DNA from: Isurus oxyrinchus
Lineage: Eukaryota
Assembly: GCA_026770705.1 (NCBI GenBank)
Contig: JANJGN010000016.1
Span: 86,614,001 to 86,678,000 of the forward strand
DNA length: 64,000 bases
Reading direction: 5' to 3'
Made by a program: the position numbers and the translations under genes. Under the pieces are notes generated by a model. The model saw nothing but the letters and a program-made list of their open reading frames with translations, did no database searches and was not told the origin of the DNA. Positions 60,301 to 64,000 of this stretch are shown here, one piece after another (the first letter of the stretch is position 1; every line of letters begins with the position of its first letter).

Positions 60301-63300
60301 GATTGTGAAGTGTGATGTTCCTGGGTACGCAGACTGTTTCGTGAAATATGCTGTACCTGAGTACACAGGCTGGGTTGTGAAGTGTGATGTACCTGAGTAC
60401 GCAGACTTGATTGTGAAGTGTGACGTACCTGTTTACACAGACTGGATTGTGAAATATGATGTTCCCTAGTAGAGAGACTGGAGTGTGATGATTGGTATAC
60501 CTGAGAGCACAAACTGGATTGTGAAGTGTGATGTATCTGAGTACACAGAATGGAATGTAAGCTGTGATGAACCTGAGTACACAGACTGGATTATGAAGTG
60601 TGACGTAGCTGAGTTCACCGACTTGATTGTAAACTGTGGCGTCCCTGAGACAACAGGCAGGATTGTGAAGTGTGATTTACTGGACTACCACTGATTGGAT
60701 TGTGAAGTGTGATGAACCTGAGTACACAGACTGGATTGTGATGTGTGGTGTACCTGATTTCACAGACTGGATTGTGAAGTGTGATTTATCTGAGTACACA
60801 AACTGGATTGTGAAGTGTGATGTACCTGAGTACACAGACTGGATTGTGAAGTGTGATGTACCTGAGTACACAGACTGGATTGTGAAGTGTGGCATAGCTG
60901 AGTACACAGACAGGATTGTGAAGTGTGATGTACCTCAGTACACAGACTGTATTGTGAATTGTGATGTACCTGAGTACACAGACTGGATTGTGATGTGTGG
61001 TGTTCCTGAGTACACAAACTGGATTGTGAAATGTGATGTACCTCAGTACACAGGCTAGATTGTGAAGTGTGATGTACCTGAGTACACAGACTGGATTGTG
61101 AAGTGTGAAGTACCTGTGTACACAGACTGGATTGTGAAATATGATGCACCTATTTATACAGACTGGATTGTGAAGTATGATGTTCCTGAGTAGAGAGACT
61201 GGAGTGTGATGATTGGTGTACCTGAGAGCACAAACTGGATTGTGAAGTGTGATATATCTGAGTACACAGAATGGATTGTGAAATGTGATGTATCTGAGTA
61301 CACAGAATGGATTGTGAAATGTGATGTATCTGAGTGCACAAAGTGGATTGTGAAATGTGATTTATCTGAGTACACAGCCTGGATTGTGACGTGTGATGTA
61401 CCTGAGTATACAAACTGGATTGTGATGTGTGGTGTACCTAAGTACACAAACTGGATTGTGAAGTGTGGTGTACCTGATTACACAGACTGGATTGTGAAGT
61501 GTGATTTATCTGAGTACACAAACTGGATTGTGAAGTGTGATGTACCTGAGTACACAGACTGGATTGTGAAGTGTGACATAGCTGAGTACACAGACTGCAT
61601 TGTGAAGTGTGATGTACCTGAGTACATAGACGGTATTGTGAATTGTGATGTACCTGAGTACACAGACTGGATTGTGATGTGTGGTGTTCCTGACTACACA
61701 GACTGGATTGTGAAGTTTGATGTACCTGAGTATACAGACTGGATTGTGAAATGTGATGTACGTGAGTACACAGACTGGATTGTGAAATGTGATGTACCTG
61801 AGTACACAGACTGGATTGTGAAGTGTGATGAAACTGACTACACAGACTGGATTGTGAAGTGTGATGTTCCTGAGTACACAGTCTGGATCGTGAAATGTGA
61901 TCTCCCTGAGTACACAGACTGGATTGTGATGTGTGATGTCCCTGAGTGCACAGACTGGATTGTGAAGTCTGATGTACCTGAGTACACAAACTGGATTGTG
62001 AAGTGTGATGTACCTGAGTACACAGACAGGATTGTGAAGTGTGATGTACCTGTGTACACATACTGGATTGTGAAGTGTGACATAGCTGAGTACACAGACT
62101 GGAATGTGAATTATGATGCTCCTGAGTACACAAACTCGATTGTGAAGTGTGATGTACCTGTGCACACAGACTTGATTGTGAAGTGTGATGTTCCTGGGTA
62201 CGCAGACTGTTTCGTGAAATATGCTGTACCTGAGTACACAGGCTGGGTTGTGAAGTGTGATGTACCTGAGTATGCAGACTTGATTGTGAAGTGTGACGTA
62301 CCTGTTTACACAGACTGGATTGTGAAATATGATGTTCCCTAGTAGAGAGACTGGAGTGTGATGATTGGTATACCTGAGAGCACAAACTGGATTGTGAAGT
62401 GTGATGTATCTGAGTACACAGAATGGAATGTAAGCTGTGATGAACCTGAGTACACAGACTGGATTATGAAGTGTGACGTAGCTGAGTTCACCGACTTGAT
62501 TGTAAACTGTGGCGTCCCTGAGACAACAGGCAGGATTGTGAAGTGTGATTTACTGGACTACCACTGATTGGATTGTGAAGTGTGATGAACCTGAGTACAC
62601 AGACTGGATTGTGATGTGTGGTGTACCTGATTTCACAGACTGGATTGTGAAGTGTGATTTATCTGAGTACACAAACTGGATTGTGAAGTGTGATGTACCT
62701 GAGTACACAGACTGGATTGTGAAGTGTGGCATAGCTGAGTACACAGACAGGATTGTGAAGTGTGATGTACCTCAGTACACAGACTGTATTGTGAATTGTG
62801 ATGTACCTGAGTACACAGACTGGATTGTGATGTGTGGTGTTCCTGAGTACACAAACTGGATTGTGAAGTGTGATGTACCTGAGTACACAGACTGGATTGT
62901 GAAGTGTGATGTAGCTGAGTACACAGACTGGATTGTGAAATGTGATGTACCTCAGTACACAGGCTAGATTGTGAAGTGTGATGTACCTGAGTACACAGAC
63001 TGGATTGTGAAGTGTGAAGTACCTGTGTACACAGACTGGATTGTGAAATATGATGCACCTATTTATACAGACTGGATTGTGAAGTATGATGTTCCTGAGT
63101 AGAGAGACTGGAGTGTGATGATTGGTGTACCTGAGAGCACAAACTGGATTGTGAAGTGTGATATATCTGAGTACACAGAATGGATTGTGAAATGTGATGT
63201 ATCTGAGTACACAGAATGGATTGTGAAATGTGATGTATCTGAGTGCACAAAGTGGATTGTGAAATGTGATTTATCTGAGTACACAGCCTGGATTGTGAAG

Positions 63301-64000
63301 TGTGATGTACCTGAGTACACAGACTGGATTGTGAAGTGTGACGTGCCTGAGTACACAGACTGGATTGTGCAGTGTGATGTACCTGAGTACACAGACTGCA
63401 TTGTGAAGTGTCACGTAGCTGAGTACACAAAATGGATTGTGAAGTGTGACGTAGCTGAGTACACCGACTTGATTGTAAACTGTGACGTCCCTGAGTCCAC
63501 AGGCAGGATTGTGAAGTGTGATGTACCTGAGTAAACAAACTGGATTATGAAGTGTGATGTACCTGAGTACACAGACTTGATTGTGAAGTGTGATCAACCT
63601 GAGTACACAAACTGGATTGTGAAGTGTGATGTACCTGAGTACACAGACTGGATTGTGAAGTGTGACGTAGCTGAGTACACAGACTGGATTGTGAAGTGCA
63701 ATGTACCTGTGTACACAGACTGGATTGTGAAATATGATGCACCTGAGTACACAGACTGGATTGTGATGTCTGAGGCACCTGAGTATACAGACTGGATTGT
63801 GAAATGTGATGTACCCGATTACACAGACTAGATTGTGAAGTGTGATGAACCTGACTACACAGACTGGATTGTGAAGTTTGATGTACCTGAGTACACAGAC
63901 TGGATTGTGAAATGTGATGTACGTGAGTACACAGACTGGATTGTGAAATGTGATGTACCTGAGTACACAGACTAGATTGTGAAGTGTGATGAACCTGACT
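45373..64000 (+). repeat. 36-bp satellite array (more than 500 units, runs off the window) with higher-order repeats
   Basis: Unit gattgtgaagtgtgatgtacctgagtacacagactg; block duplications with offsets 288, 1873, 2379 and ~4.0-4.1 kb. Confidence 0.98.

Noticed and set aside
45373-64000. Long repetitive ORFs (WIVKCDVPEYTD, SGTSHFTIQSVY, CTQVHHTSQSSL, VLRYITLHNPVC repeats)
   Set aside because: 36 is a multiple of 3 and four frames of the unit lack stops by chance. Variants freely introduce TAG/TAA and 35/37-bp units, so there is no sign of coding constraint.

Overview
Eukaryotic (cartilaginous fish, shark-type) genomic DNA. The only intact host gene is one unrearranged immunoglobulin light-chain kappa (NS4/type III-like) cluster on the minus strand: TATA/octamer-like promoter, leader exon 6797-6845, V exon 6313-6610 with a 12-RSS, one J (4642-4676) with a 23-RSS, and a C exon at 174-502. 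The V-J spacer is expanded by a 61-bp minisatellite whose units each contain a cryptic RSS-like signal. The J-C intron holds two foldback Penelope-like insertions carrying variant hammerhead motifs. After an assembly gap (10120-10260) the window is a nested stack of CR1 and L2 LINEs, Penelope, Gypsy and PIF/Harbinger relics and many minisatellites, ending in more than 18 kb of a 36-bp satellite with higher-order repeats. A promoter-like segment and the 36-bp satellite occur twice, in inverted orientation. Nearly all long ORFs in the ORF track are artefacts of tandem repeats or decayed TEs. TE boundaries are approximate and family names come from motif recognition, not database searches.
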